Source: Chthoniobacteraceae bacterium
GTDB lineage: Bacteria; Verrucomicrobiota; Verrucomicrobiia; Chthoniobacterales; Chthoniobacteraceae
Direction: 5' to 3'
Length of the DNA: 61,271 nt
NCBI GenBank assembly: GCA_031409655.1
Contig: JANNXQ010000131.1
Span: forward strand, 1 to 61,271
Both the position numbers and the translations under genes were made by a program. Under the pieces are notes generated by a model. The model searched no databases, was not told the origin of the DNA, and was given only the letters and a program-made list of their open reading frames with translations. Of the stretch, positions 1 to 9,951 are shown in pieces. Each line of letters starts with the position of its first letter. Within the stretch, counting starts at the first letter, position 1.

Positions 1-95
1 CCCCCCCCCCCCCCCCATCCAGCCCTCGCTTGTCTCTCTGGGGCCGCGCTGCATTTTTTTTTTGAGCCCCCCGGCCCCGCCCCCCCCCCCGGGAC

Positions 96-1055
96 TCACT
101 GCCCGCGAGAACCGAGCAGCATGGCCAGCGCCGCGAGGGCCGCGGCGCAGGGCAGCGTGATCAGCCACGAGAGCGCGATCTGGCTCACGGATCTCCACTT
201 GGCCTGCCGCGTGGCGATGCCGATGCCGAGGAGCGAGCCGACGCTCACCTGCGTGGTGCTCACCGGCAGCGAGTGATAGCTCGCGGTGGTGACGAGCAGG
301 GCCGTCGCGACATTCGCGGCGAAGCCTGCGCCGGGGTTCATGTCGGTGATTTTTCTGGCGAGCGTTTCGGCCACATTGCGGGCGTCGAGCAGGCCGCCGA
401 GCGCCATCGCCACGGCCACGGCGAGGATGCCCCAGCGGATGTCGAAGGCCTGCGCCACGAGGAGCAGCGCGGCCATCTTCGGCGTGTCATTCAAACCGCG
501 CGCAAAGCTGGCGGCGCCGCCGCTCAGAAAGTGCAGCGCGTCCAGCAGCGGCGTGCGGTGATCGGGCAGCAGCCGGATGCCTTTGAGCAGAAAAAAAAGG
601 AGCGCGCCAACTCCGATGGCCAGCACCGGGCTGAGTAGGAGCGGTTGCACGAAAGTCTTCCCCAGCGCGCCAAGGTGTACGGTGTGATCGCCGCTCGCGA
701 ATCCCGCCCCGACCAGCGCGCCAGTGAGGGCATGCGTCGTGGAGACCGGAAAGCTGAAGCGCGTCGCGAGAAAACTCGTGAGCGCCGCAGCGAGCGCGAC
801 CGCCAGCAGGAACGACGGCGACTGGGTGAGCGCATCCGGCACGAGCCCCTTGCCGCTGAATTTCTTGAGCAATCCTTGCGCAAAAAAGAGCGCGGTCAGC
901 GCCCCCGCAAAGGTCGTCGCCGTCCCCCACCAAACCGCACCGCGCAGGCTCGTCGTGCCGCTCCCGTAGAGCGAGGCCACGCCTTTGCAGTTGGCATTCG
1001 CGCCATTGGTAAAAGCGACGAGACAGGTCGCGAAGAAGAGCAGGACGATGAGCAA
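96..1055 (-). CDS. PiT-family inorganic anion transporter (CysP-like sulfate/phosphate permease)
   Basis: Hydrophobic 319 aa with PiT signatures NGANANCKGVASLYGSG, PVSTTH, ARGLNDTPK and LPVSTTQ; TTG start 10 nt after the rhodanese stop. Confidence 0.85.
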   Translation of the reverse strand: MLIVLLFFATCLVAFTNGANANCKGVASLYGSGTTSLRGAVWWGTATTFAGALTALFFAQGLLKKFSGKGLVPDALTQSPSFLLAVALAAALTSFLATRFSFPVSTTHALTGALVGAGFASGDHTVHLGALGKTFVQPLLLSPVLAIGVGALLFFLLKGIRLLPDHRTPLLDALHFLSGGAASFARGLNDTPKMAALLLVAQAFDIRWGILAVAVAMALGGLLDARNVAETLARKITDMNPGAGFAANVATALLVTTASYHSLPVSTTQVSVGSLLGIGIATRQAKWRSVSQIALSWLITLPCAAALAALAMLLGSRGQ

Positions 1056-1064
1056 GATCGCGCG

Positions 1065-2006
1065 CTATTTCCCGGCCGCTTCGCCGCCGATCTCAGCCGG
1101 CAGCGACTTGCCTTTGAGCCACACGTACTCCTTCCACGCGCCTTCGTAGAGACGCACATTCGGGTATCCGGCGACGTGCTTCAGGTAAAAGCGCACGAGG
1201 CTGCCTTCCCGCGAAGTGCCGCAATAGCAGACGATGTTTTTGTCCGGGGTGATGCCCGCCTTCTCCAGTTCGGCTTTCACTTCCGCAAACGGTTTGAACT
1301 TATGGGTGTTGCCCTTCTCCACCAGCCGCGCCCAATGAAAACTCACCGCGCCGGGGATGTGCCCCTTGCGCAGCCAGACGTCGTCTTCCCCGCGGAACTC
1401 ATTGAGCGGTCGAGCGTCCACGAGAATGTTCTCCGGCTTGGCGATGAATTTCTCCACATCGCCGATGTTCGCCGCGATGCCCGCTCCACTCGCTTTCGGA
1501 AGATTCCCAATCGGGTTTCCGAAGTAATCCTGCGGAGCGTCAAACCCCTGTTTCTTCCACTCGGGCAGACCGCCATCGATGATCTTGATCTCCTTCACGC
1601 CAAACTTTTCCAGCACATGCGCCACCATGGTGCTGCTCAGGATCTCATCGTTTGGCAGCTCCGCTCCGGTGGCATAGACGAGATGGACCCGATCCTGATC
1701 AGCGCCCGCGCGGAGGAGCAGCGCCTTAGTGATGTCGTCGGGCAGATATTGCACCGGCACGCCCTGATCGGTCCCGCGCAGGGTGTCGAAGTTGATGTGA
1801 TGGGCCGTCGGTAGATGCCCGCGGAAGTAATCTTTATAGCCACCGCGCGTATCGAGCACGACGGGGCGCTTCGTGGCGTCTGGATTGTCGATTAGCTTCT
1901 TTGCGTCGGCGGGGGAGATGAGGCCGATGTCGGCCTGGGCGGAAGCCAGCGCGCTGATGAAGAGCGTGGCGGCCGAGAGGAAGGCGAAGAGAGAATGGTG
2001 GTTCAT
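1065..2006 (-). CDS. Exported tandem-domain rhodanese / sulfurtransferase
   Basis: Signal peptide MNHHSLFAFLSAATLFISALASAQA; VLDTR..Y..GHLP, VDAR...F.G...GHIPGA, active loop YCGTSRE, C-terminal LYEGAWKEY. Confidence 0.92.
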   Translation of the reverse strand: MNHHSLFAFLSAATLFISALASAQADIGLISPADAKKLIDNPDATKRPVVLDTRGGYKDYFRGHLPTAHHINFDTLRGTDQGVPVQYLPDDITKALLLRAGADQDRVHLVYATGAELPNDEILSSTMVAHVLEKFGVKEIKIIDGGLPEWKKQGFDAPQDYFGNPIGNLPKASGAGIAANIGDVEKFIAKPENILVDARPLNEFRGEDDVWLRKGHIPGAVSFHWARLVEKGNTHKFKPFAEVKAELEKAGITPDKNIVCYCGTSREGSLVRFYLKHVAGYPNVRLYEGAWKEYVWLKGKSLPAEIGGEAAGK

Positions 2007-2019
2007 GAATGACGTGCTT

Positions 2020-2043
2020 AAATATGCACCAGTGCGCATATTT
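2020..2043. promoter_or_regulatory. Putative ArsR operator, palindrome AAATATGC-N8-GCATATTT
   Basis: Perfect 8-bp AT-rich arms in the divergent intergenic region, just upstream of the rhodanese ATG (2006). Confidence 0.65.
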
Positions 2044-2147
2044 CCGATTTGGCGTTCGCCGTCCAGCCATTCGTCGAAAATGTTTTCCCTCCCAAACCGC
2101 CGGCCTTTTTGTTCGATCCAGCCACCGCACTGCCCCACCATTTCCAA

Positions 2148-2453
2148 ATGCCAGACGCCGATTGGGTCATCACGCTCAAAGCCCTCGCAGATCAGACGCG
2201 CTTACGCATCGTGCGGGAGTTGCTCGCGAAAAGCCTGACGGTCAATCAGATCACGGAGACGCTGGGCGCGACGCAGTACAATGTGTCGAAGCATCTGCGA
2301 ATTTTGAAAGAAGCTGGGATCGTCGAGTTGCGGGCGCTCGGCAACCAACGCGAATACTCGATCGCCGGAGCCTTTCGGCAGCGACTGGCCAGACAAGGCA
2401 ACACCCTCGACCTTGGCTGCTGTGTTTTCCGCTTTGATCAGTTGTCGGCCTGA
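2148..2453 (+). CDS. ArsR/SmtB-family transcriptional repressor with C-terminal GCC
   Basis: LKALADQTRLRIV...TVNQI...ATQYNVSKHLRILKEAGIV; ends LDLGCCVFRFD. Confidence 0.92.
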   Translation: MPDADWVITLKALADQTRLRIVRELLAKSLTVNQITETLGATQYNVSKHLRILKEAGIVELRALGNQREYSIAGAFRQRLARQGNTLDLGCCVFRFDQLSA

Positions 2454-2478
2454 GCCTGCCTCGCAGCTTCTTTTTTTG

Positions 2479-3750
2479 ATGAACCGCGCCTTGGTCCGAG
2501 TCGTTGTCGTGCTGGCACTCCTCTCCGCTGGCGTGCGCGCGGAGGTGTCCCCGGGGGAAATCCTGATCAGCGAGATGAACTGCGTGGCGTGCCATGAAGC
2601 CTCGGAGCCGGTGCGGACGCGGCTGGCTTCCCGGCAGTCGCCGCGGCTCGGAGCCGATGGAGTGCGGGCGCGGCCGGAGTGGCTGCGCGCGTTTCTGGCT
2701 GATCCGCAGGGGACGAAGCCCGGCACCTTGAAGCCCGACACCTTGCACACGCTCCCGACGGAGGAGAGAGCGCAGGCAGTGGAGGCGCTTACCCATTTTC
2801 TCGTGAGCCTGCAAACACTCGATGCGGCCTCCGACCCGCAGGTGGGTCCGGCAACCCTGGCGTCCGGTCGGCGCCTCTATCACGAAGTCGGCTGTGTGCT
2901 GTGCCACGCGCCGGAGGAGCCGCCGCCGGGGGTGGCACCGAGCGCGACGGCGACGGCGGAGCTGGCGAAGTTGCAGGCCAGCTCGGTGCCGATGGGCGAC
3001 CTCGCGAGCAAGTTCACCGTCGGGGAGCTGGCGGCCTTTTTGCACGACCCCCTGAAGTCGCGACCTTCCGGACGGATGCCGGCGCTGAAGCTGGCGACGA
3101 CGGAGGCGGAGGCAATCGCGGCGTGGCTGCTGCGCGCGCCGAAGCCGGAAGCGGGCGCGGCCTTCCGCGTCGATCCGGCGCTCGCCGCGCGCGGACGGGA
3201 ATACTTTGCCCAACTCAACTGCGCGGCCTGCCACACCGGCACGGACCTCCCGGCCCGCCCGGCGAAGCCGCTCCTGCGATTGACGGCCCGACAGCCAGCG
3301 GGCTGTATCGCGGCGAAGCCGAAGCCGGGTGGGCCACGCTTCGAACTCACGGATCGGCAGCGCGTCGTGATCCACTCCGCGCTCGGGAATCAGGAAAACC
3401 TCGCCGCCGCGCTCGAGCCTGCCCAGCAGCTCCGGCGCACCCTCACGGTCCTCAATTGCTACGCCTGCCACCACCGCGACCACCGCGGCGGAGTGGATGC
3501 GTCCCGCCGCGGATACCTCGTGAGCACCGGCCCGACGGATCTCGGTGAGGAAGGACGCATCCCTCCCCATCTGAATGCGATCGGCGCCAGGCTGCCCCGG
3601 GCCACGCTCGAAACCATGCTTATCGAGGGCCAAACCCGGCGACCTTTCCTGGCCACCCGGATGCCGCTCTACGGCGCCGCAAATATCGGGCATCTCGCCG
3701 CGCTTTTCGCAGCGGTGGACTCCCGTCCCGAGCCCCAAAAATCCCCCTAG
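2479..3750 (+). CDS. Exported c-type cytochrome with four CXXCH heme motifs (PVC-type)
   Basis: Signal peptide; CVACH, CVLCH, CAACH, CYACH; RMP motifs as potential Met ligands. Confidence 0.88.
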   Translation: MNRALVRVVVVLALLSAGVRAEVSPGEILISEMNCVACHEASEPVRTRLASRQSPRLGADGVRARPEWLRAFLADPQGTKPGTLKPDTLHTLPTEERAQAVEALTHFLVSLQTLDAASDPQVGPATLASGRRLYHEVGCVLCHAPEEPPPGVAPSATATAELAKLQASSVPMGDLASKFTVGELAAFLHDPLKSRPSGRMPALKLATTEAEAIAAWLLRAPKPEAGAAFRVDPALAARGREYFAQLNCAACHTGTDLPARPAKPLLRLTARQPAGCIAAKPKPGGPRFELTDRQRVVIHSALGNQENLAAALEPAQQLRRTLTVLNCYACHHRDHRGGVDASRRGYLVSTGPTDLGEEGRIPPHLNAIGARLPRATLETMLIEGQTRRPFLATRMPLYGAANIGHLAALFAAVDSRPEPQKSP

Positions 3751-3792
3751 TAGCCGCTTGCCCTCGCGACTTCCGCCAGCGACCGTCTTGGC

Positions 3793-3927
3793 ATGAAAAG
3801 CCTCCTGCTCCTCGCCCTCGCCGTCCTCACCTTCTCCATGACCGCCTGCACTTCGGCCCCGAAGAAGAAAGACTGCTGCGGCACGGATGGCTGCTGCACC
3901 CCCGGCGCCAAGGCCCACAAGCACTAA
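3793..3927 (+). CDS. 44-aa Cys/His-rich lipoprotein (not in ORF track)
   Basis: MKSLLLLALAVLTFSMTA-CTSAPKKKDCCGTDGCCTPGAKAHKH*; lipoprotein signal with lipobox MTAC, GC3-rich codons. Confidence 0.75.
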   Translation: MKSLLLLALAVLTFSMTACTSAPKKKDCCGTDGCCTPGAKAHKH

Positions 3928-3964
3928 GGATCGGTGCCTCCAGACAGAGGCAGGTGAAGATTTC

Positions 3965-3989
3965 ACACCCGCCGAGTCGGTGTTTTTTT
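3965..3989 (+). terminator. Possible intrinsic terminator after the small lipoprotein
   Basis: Short stem ACACC(C)G/CGGTGT running into a T tract. Confidence 0.35.
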
Positions 3990-4379
3990 GGGCAGTCCGC
4001 AGCTCCCGGATTCGCTTGCCCAGTCGGACCTCCGACTCCGCTTCGCGGCCCCCCTCGGGATGACGATCCTATCGTCTCAGGAGGCTTGCGATCGGGCGTT
4101 CTTTCCGGCAGCATAAAACGCCGACTAGCACCGGCGCCAACGTTATCTCCTGCAGAACCTTCATCACTTGCACGTCATGTCCGCGCAGCAAAGGCCCACC
4201 CCACCTGCCCTCCGGCCAGAATCCCCTGGGAGTGCCGAGCAGACGCCTGACCGGGAGGCCAGTCCTGCAATGGCAGACCTTGTGCTGAAACCGTACTCCC
4301 TAGTGACCAGCCCCATGCCCGGCCCTTTCCGCCACGAACCTCAACCCCAGATCGGGAGCCACCGCCACCCGCGCGCCGC

Positions 4380-5786
4380 ATGATTTCCAATCGCGTCCGT
4401 GGGTTGAACCTCCTGCACTGGGTGATGCAGGCCGCCTTGGTGCTGCTGCTCTTTTGGGCCTGGGTCTTCGTCTTCTCCAATGCTATCCGCCGCGGGGAGG
4501 AGGCTCCCGCTGCGAATCGTTACTTCGCTTATTCCCTGGTCATCGCCGGCGCCTTCCTTATCGATCTCTGGCGATCCAAGCTCGCGCAGGGAAATCTGCT
4601 CCATCTCGATGTCGTCCGCAGTCACGGCATCAGCCTGCGCCAGACCTGCATCGTCATCGGCGCGCTCCTTGCCTTCCTTGTGGCGCAGAAGGACATCGCG
4701 ATCTCGCGCATGTTTCTCTTCACCTTTGCGCCACTGCTCTACATCGCGCTGGTCATCTCGAATAAGTTCTTCCCGCCTTTCCTCGCCCGCTTCGTCTTCC
4801 GCTACCATCCCGCCACCACCCTGCTCCTCGGCTCGCGCGCTCATGCCCGCAAACTTTCCTCCTGGCTGGATCGCAAATCGAGCTACGGCTTCCGCACCGT
4901 TGGCCTGATCACGGACGACCAGTCCCCCGCGGGGAATGACACGGTGCCAGTGCTCGGTGGCTATGGTGAGATGGAGCAGATCATCAAGGACACGCGCCCT
5001 TCCCAGCTCATCCTGCTCGACCTGCCGATGTCGCCCGAGCAAATCGTCGCGACGGGCAATCTCTGCGACAAGCTCGGCGTCCGGCTCTTCATCGTGAATG
5101 ATCTTGAGGACAAGTTGCACCGCTCGGTGCTCTTCATGGAGGACGATGGCTTTCACTTTCTCGCCTTCCGCCAGGAGCCGCTCGAGTGCCCCATCGGCCG
5201 CATTATGAAGCGCCTTTTCGACATCGTGCTCGCCCTCCCGGTGGTCCTCTTCGTCCTGCCCTTCGCGAGTCTCGGGGTGTGGCTCTGTCATCGCCTGCAA
5301 TCGCCTGGCCCGCTCTTTTTCACCCAGCGCCGCACCGGGAAATACAATCAGGAATTTCAAATCCTGAAGTATCGTACGATGCATGTGGATCATGGCGACG
5401 AAGCGCGCCAGGCGACGCAGGATGACTGCCGCGTCTTCCGCACCGGACGCTGGCTGCGCAAGCTGAGCGTGGACGAATTGCCGCAATTTGTGAACGTGCT
5501 CAAGGGCGAGATGAGTGTGGTCGGGCCGCGGCCGCATCTCGTGGATCACGATGAACTCTTTGGCGAGATCGCGAATTTCTACCGCGTCCGCAGCTTCATC
5601 AAACCGGGCATCACCGGCCTCGCCCAGGTGCGCGGTCTGCGCGGGGAAGCCCGGCGCGATCAGGACCTCATCGACCGCATCCACTCCGACCTTTACTACC
5701 TCGAAAACTGGTCACTGCTCCTCGACTGGGTGATCATCGTCCGCACCGCGTGGCACGTCGTCTTTCCGCCAAAGAGTGCGTATTGA
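4380..5786 (+). CDS. wcaJ: Exopolysaccharide polyprenyl-phosphate glycosylphosphotransferase (WcaJ/WbaP family)
   Basis: N-terminal TMs, central Rossmann-like region, KRLFDI, FQILKYRTM, LRKLSVDELPQF.NVLKGEMSVVGPRP, KPGITGLAQV, DLYYLENWS. Confidence 0.9.
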   Translation: MISNRVRGLNLLHWVMQAALVLLLFWAWVFVFSNAIRRGEEAPAANRYFAYSLVIAGAFLIDLWRSKLAQGNLLHLDVVRSHGISLRQTCIVIGALLAFLVAQKDIAISRMFLFTFAPLLYIALVISNKFFPPFLARFVFRYHPATTLLLGSRAHARKLSSWLDRKSSYGFRTVGLITDDQSPAGNDTVPVLGGYGEMEQIIKDTRPSQLILLDLPMSPEQIVATGNLCDKLGVRLFIVNDLEDKLHRSVLFMEDDGFHFLAFRQEPLECPIGRIMKRLFDIVLALPVVLFVLPFASLGVWLCHRLQSPGPLFFTQRRTGKYNQEFQILKYRTMHVDHGDEARQATQDDCRVFRTGRWLRKLSVDELPQFVNVLKGEMSVVGPRPHLVDHDELFGEIANFYRVRSFIKPGITGLAQVRGLRGEARRDQDLIDRIHSDLYYLENWSLLLDWVIIVRTAWHVVFPPKSAY

Positions 5787-5834
5787 AAGCGCGGTAGCGG
5801 GTGGGCAGGCGGGTGGGCTGAACACCGGTCGGCC

Positions 5835-6911
5835 ATGAAGCTGATCACCTTCATCCCCGGCAACCTCGCCTACGGCGGGATCGAGTTGCATGCCGTTGCC
5901 TTGTGCGCGGCGGCGGCGCGGGCAGGCGCGGAGGTCACCCTCGTCACCACCGGCGTGCCGCTCGCCGATCATCTGCGGGCGCAGGTTGCGGAGTCTGGCG
6001 TCAGCCTGCGCGCCTTTCCGTGGCGCGGCTCGAAGCTCGAGCAACCGCTGAAACTGCTCTGGATGCACCTGCTCGCCCTGCGGCAAAAGGCCGACGTCGT
6101 TTACACGAACGGCATCGGGGCGAGCGCCACGATCCTCTGGCGCGCGCTGCGGTCCGGCGGACGGCGGGTCCACCACTTTCACACCGCCTGCGAAGACTGG
6201 GAGGCACGCACCTGGCCCGAGGCCATCCGCCGCTTGCTCACCGACGTGCCGGAACTCGTCGGTTGCAGCCGCTACACCGCGGATGCGCTGAATCATTTCC
6301 TCGCCCGGCAGGACACCCTCTTCCTGCCTTGCATCACCCGCCGGGTGCCGCCCGCGCCGCGCGAGGCCCGCACTGTGCCGCCCTTGCGCTTCGGCTTCGT
6401 GGGGCGGCCGACGCGCTTGAAAGGGGTCGATCTCGTGCTCGCCGCGAGTCGGCTCCCGGCCCTCGCAGACATCGAGTGGGAGCTGCACGGCGAAGGCCCA
6501 GAGTTTCCCGCCGCCGACTACCGCGATCACCCGCGCGTGCATTTCTTCCGCGGCTACAGCTCCGTGCAGGAACTCGCCGAACGCCTGGTGCGGCTCGATG
6601 CCGTGGTGCTTCCCACGCGCCAGACCGAGGGCCGTCCCATCAGCCTCATGGAAGCGATGTGCGCCGGCTTGCCGTGGGTCTCCGCACCCCGCGGCGGCAT
6701 CGCCGAGATGGCCCCCTCGCCTTCCGACGCCGAGCTCGTGCCCGGCGATGTGACGCTGGAAAATTTCACCGCCGCCTGTCGCGCGCTGGCGGATCGCATC
6801 CTCCGCGGCGCGACCAACTCCGACCGCATCCGCGCCCACTACGAAGCCGAGTTCGCCCCGGAACGCGTCACCGATCAGTGGCTGCGTTTCCTCGGGATCA
6901 CGGCTACTTAG
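5835..6911 (+). CDS. Glycosyltransferase family 4 (GT-B)
   Basis: GGIE near the N-terminus, FVGR...[13 protein letters not shown] (EX7E). Confidence 0.88.
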   Translation: MKLITFIPGNLAYGGIELHAVALCAAAARAGAEVTLVTTGVPLADHLRAQVAESGVSLRAFPWRGSKLEQPLKLLWMHLLALRQKADVVYTNGIGASATILWRALRSGGRRVHHFHTACEDWEARTWPEAIRRLLTDVPELVGCSRYTADALNHFLARQDTLFLPCITRRVPPAPREARTVPPLRFGFVGRPTRLKGVDLVLAASRLPALADIEWELHGEGPEFPAADYRDHPRVHFFRGYSSVQELAERLVRLDAVVLPTRQTEGRPISLMEAMCAGLPWVSAPRGGIAEMAPSPSDAELVPGDVTLENFTAACRALADRILRGATNSDRIRAHYEAEFAPERVTDQWLRFLGITAT

Positions 6912-6919
6912 ACCCCACC

Positions 6920-9487
6920 GTGTCTTCACCCGCCTTGGCTCCGACGCTCCTCCATCTGACCCCAACGAGCCCCGCGCCCGACAACGCCACCTTGCTCGGC
7001 CGCTTCCTCGACGACCTCGCGCGCCGCAAGCTCGAGCTCTATCCCGCGCAGGAAGCCGCGATCCTCGAGTTGTATGACGAGAAAAACGTCATCCTCAACA
7101 CCCCGACCGGCTCCGGAAAATCGCTCGTCGCCGCGGCGCTGCATTTTAAGAGCGCCGCCCAAGGTGGACGCTCCATCTACACCTGCCCGATCAAGGCCCT
7201 GGTCAATGAAAAGTGGCTCGCACTCTGCCGCGAATTTGGCCCGGAGAATGTCGGCCTGAGCACTGGCGACGCCACCGTGAACCGCGGCGCCCCGATCCTC
7301 TGCTGCACCGCGGAGATCCTCGCGAACATCGCCCTCCGCGAAGGCGCCGCCGCCCCCGTGCGCGACGTCGTCATGGACGAATTCCACTACTACTCCGATC
7401 GCGATCGCGGAGTGGCCTGGCAGATCCCCCTGCTCACTCTGCCGCAAGCGCGCTTCCTCCTCATGTCCGCCACCCTCGGCGACACCACCTTCTTCGCGGA
7501 GGAACTCACCCGTCTCAATGGACGCCAGACCGCGACCATCGCCAGCCAGGATCGCCCGGTCCCGCTCACCTTTTCCTACGCCGAGACGCCCCTCGCCCAA
7601 ACCCTCGAGACCCTCGTCGCGGGGGGAAAGGCCCCCGTCTATGTCGTCCACTTCACGCAGGCGGAAGCCGCGGAGAGTGCCCAAAATTTCATGAGCACAA
7701 ATGTCTGCACGCGGGAGGAAAAGGCCGCGATCGCCCACGCTCTGGAGGGTTTCAAATTCACGAGCCCCTACGGCCCGGAGATCAAAAAGTGGCTCCGCCA
7801 CGGCCTCGGCCTGCACCACGCCGGCCTGCTCCCGAAGTATCGCGTGCTCGTCGAGCAACTCGCCCAGCGCGGCCTGCTCAAAGTCATCTGCGGCACCGAC
7901 ACCCTCGGCGTCGGGATCAATGTCCCGATCCGCACCGTGCTCTTCACCCAGCTCTGCAAATACAGCGGCGAAAAGACCGCCATCCTCAGCGCCCGCGACT
8001 TTCATCAGATCAGCGGGCGCGCCGGCCGCAAAGGCTTCGACGAGTGCGGCTGGGTCGTCGCCCAAGCCCCCGCCCACTTCATCGAGAATCTGCTCCTCGA
8101 GCAAAAGCAGGCCGGCGGCGGGAAGAAATTCGTGAAGCGCAAACCACCCGAGCGGAACTTCGTGAACTGGGACCGGCAGACTTTCACCCGCCTGCTCGCC
8201 GCGACGCCCGAGCGGCTCACCAGTCAGTTTAAGATCACGCACGGCCTGCTGATCAATGTCCTCAGCCGCCCCGGCGATGGCTGCGGCGCAATGCGGGAAC
8301 TCATCGCCCGCTCGCATGGAACTCCGAAGGCGAAGAAGGCCCTCACCCGCCGTGGCTGGCAGCTCTTCCGCGCCTTGGTCGAAGGCCAGATCATCGAGTT
8401 CATCCCGCCCACCCCGGACGGCGCCAAGCTCCGCGTGAACGTCGCCCTGCAGGACGACTTTTCCATGAACCAGACGCTCTCGCTCTACGTCCACGACACC
8501 CTGCCGCTCATGGATCCACAGGCGCCCGACTACGCCCTCGTCGTGCTCACGCTCGTCGAGTCCATTCTCGAAGACCCGGATATCATCCTCCGCCGCCAGC
8601 TCGACAAAGTGAAGAGCCAGGTCCTCGCCGAGTTGAAGATGCAAGGCGTCGAATACAACGCGCGCCTCGAAGAACTCGAGAAGCTCGAATACCCGAAGCC
8701 CAACCGCGACTTCATCTATTCCACCTTCAATGCCTTCGCCGCCCGGCACCCCTGGGTCGGCCAGGAAAATATCCGCCCAAAATCCATCGCCCGGGAAATG
8801 TTCGAGGAGTTCCGCTCCTTCGGCGACTACATCAAAATCTACGACTTGCAGCGCGCCGAGGGCGTGCTCCTCCGGCACCTCTCCAGCGTCCACAAAGTGC
8901 TCACCCAAACCGTGCCCGACGCCGCCAAGAACGACGCCCTCCGCGACATCGAACTCTACCTCGCGACGATGCTCCGCCAGATCGATTCCAGCCTCCTCGA
9001 CGAGTGGGAAAAAATGCGCGACCCGGACTACCGCCCGCCCGCCGAAACCCCCGAGGTGCGCCCCCCCGGAGCCGAAGCCGCCGACCGCGACATCACCCGC
9101 GACGCCAAAGCCTTCACCGCCGCCATTCGCAATCAGATCTTCAGCTTCCTCCGCGCCCTCGTCAGCGACGACCTCGTCACGGCCCTCTCCCTCGTGCCGG
9201 CAAACCCATCCCCCGACGAGGAGCCCTGGACCACCGAGCGGCTCCGTCGCGCTCTGGAATCCTACCACGAATCGCACGCCCACCTCCGCCTCGACCCCGA
9301 AGCGCGCAACGCCCGCCACACCTACGTCACCCCGTCCGAAGACAAACGCCATTGGCGCGTCCAGCAGATGCTCATCGACCCCGCGGAAGACAACGACTGG
9401 GTCGCGGAATTCAGCGTCGATCTCGCCGCTTCCCGCGCCGTGAGCGGCCCGGTCCTCGAGCTGCGCCGCTTCGGCAGCCTCGTGTGA
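6920..9487 (+). CDS. Ski2/HelY-like DEAH-box helicase with DUF3516-like C-terminus
   Basis: [47 protein letters not shown] at 6920 chosen as start (the ORF-track extension overlaps the GT4 gene). Confidence 0.92.
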   Translation: MSSPALAPTLLHLTPTSPAPDNATLLGRFLDDLARRKLELYPAQEAAILELYDEKNVILNTPTGSGKSLVAAALHFKSAAQGGRSIYTCPIKALVNEKWLALCREFGPENVGLSTGDATVNRGAPILCCTAEILANIALREGAAAPVRDVVMDEFHYYSDRDRGVAWQIPLLTLPQARFLLMSATLGDTTFFAEELTRLNGRQTATIASQDRPVPLTFSYAETPLAQTLETLVAGGKAPVYVVHFTQAEAAESAQNFMSTNVCTREEKAAIAHALEGFKFTSPYGPEIKKWLRHGLGLHHAGLLPKYRVLVEQLAQRGLLKVICGTDTLGVGINVPIRTVLFTQLCKYSGEKTAILSARDFHQISGRAGRKGFDECGWVVAQAPAHFIENLLLEQKQAGGGKKFVKRKPPERNFVNWDRQTFTRLLAATPERLTSQFKITHGLLINVLSRPGDGCGAMRELIARSHGTPKAKKALTRRGWQLFRALVEGQIIEFIPPTPDGAKLRVNVALQDDFSMNQTLSLYVHDTLPLMDPQAPDYALVVLTLVESILEDPDIILRRQLDKVKSQVLAELKMQGVEYNARLEELEKLEYPKPNRDFIYSTFNAFAARHPWVGQENIRPKSIAREMFEEFRSFGDYIKIYDLQRAEGVLLRHLSSVHKVLTQTVPDAAKNDALRDIELYLATMLRQIDSSLLDEWEKMRDPDYRPPAETPEVRPPGAEAADRDITRDAKAFTAAIRNQIFSFLRALVSDDLVTALSLVPANPSPDEEPWTTERLRRALESYHESHAHLRLDPEARNARHTYVTPSEDKRHWRVQQMLIDPAEDNDWVAEFSVDLAASRAVSGPVLELRRFGSLV

Positions 9488-9514
9488 TCCCATCTACCAC
9501 GCTCCGCGCCACGC

Positions 9515-9897
9515 ATGAAGCCTCCCGGCCGCCTCGCCCCTCTATCGTTCGCTCTCAATCTGGCCGCGCTCGTCTTTTGCAGCGGCTGCTCCCTCCTGCC
9601 GCGGTTCAACGCGGAGCTGCCCCGCGACCGCGCCTTCATCGCGCACTGGCGCAGGTCATCTATGGCAAACTGCCGGCTGCGAAATACGAGGACGCCGTGC
9701 GCTGCTCCGAGAAAGCGATCGCGCTCAATCCGAATCTCCTCGTGCACGACATCGAACTCGGCCGCACCCACGCCGCGATGGGCAGGGCGGACGACGCGCG
9801 GAAACCCATCACCAAGGGACTCGCGATGCCCGATACGGAGAAGGACGAGCCCGAGACGAAGGCGCGAGGCCGCCAGATCCTGGAAAAACTGCGCTGA
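9515..9897 (+). pseudogene. Chimeric remnant: lipoprotein N-terminus joined out of frame to a TPR-protein C-terminus
   Basis: Frame 1 MKPPGRLAPL...VFCSGCSLLP...FIAHW; frame 2 RALAQVIYGKLPAAKYEDAVRCSEKAIALNPNLLVHDIELGRTHAAMG..ARGRQILEKLR*; switch at about 9640-9649. Confidence 0.6.
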
Positions 9898-9928
9898 GCG
9901 AAACGCGCCTCCGGATCCGCGCGACGAT

Positions 9929-9951
9929 GGCGACCGGAATGTCGCTGCTCC
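9929..9951 (-). repeat. REP-like palindrome (GGAGC-AGCGAC-ATTCCG-GTCGCC)
   Basis: GGAG foot followed by a GCGAC/GTCGC stem on the minus strand. Confidence 0.45.

Noticed and set aside
1..95. Poly-C/poly-T low-complexity stretch (possible G-quadruplex or terminator)
   Set aside because: At the sequence edge and dominated by homopolymers; most likely a low-quality or poly-G read-end artefact
5903..6919. 1194-aa version of the helicase ORF
   Set aside because: The extension overlaps the GT4 gene in another frame and is Arg/Pro-rich shadow translation; helicase-like sequence begins near 6920
6926..9493. Long antisense ORFs (also 2251-3966, 20700-22181, 40772-42709 and others)
   Set aside because: Mirror frames of real genes caused by high GC3; no recognisable motifs
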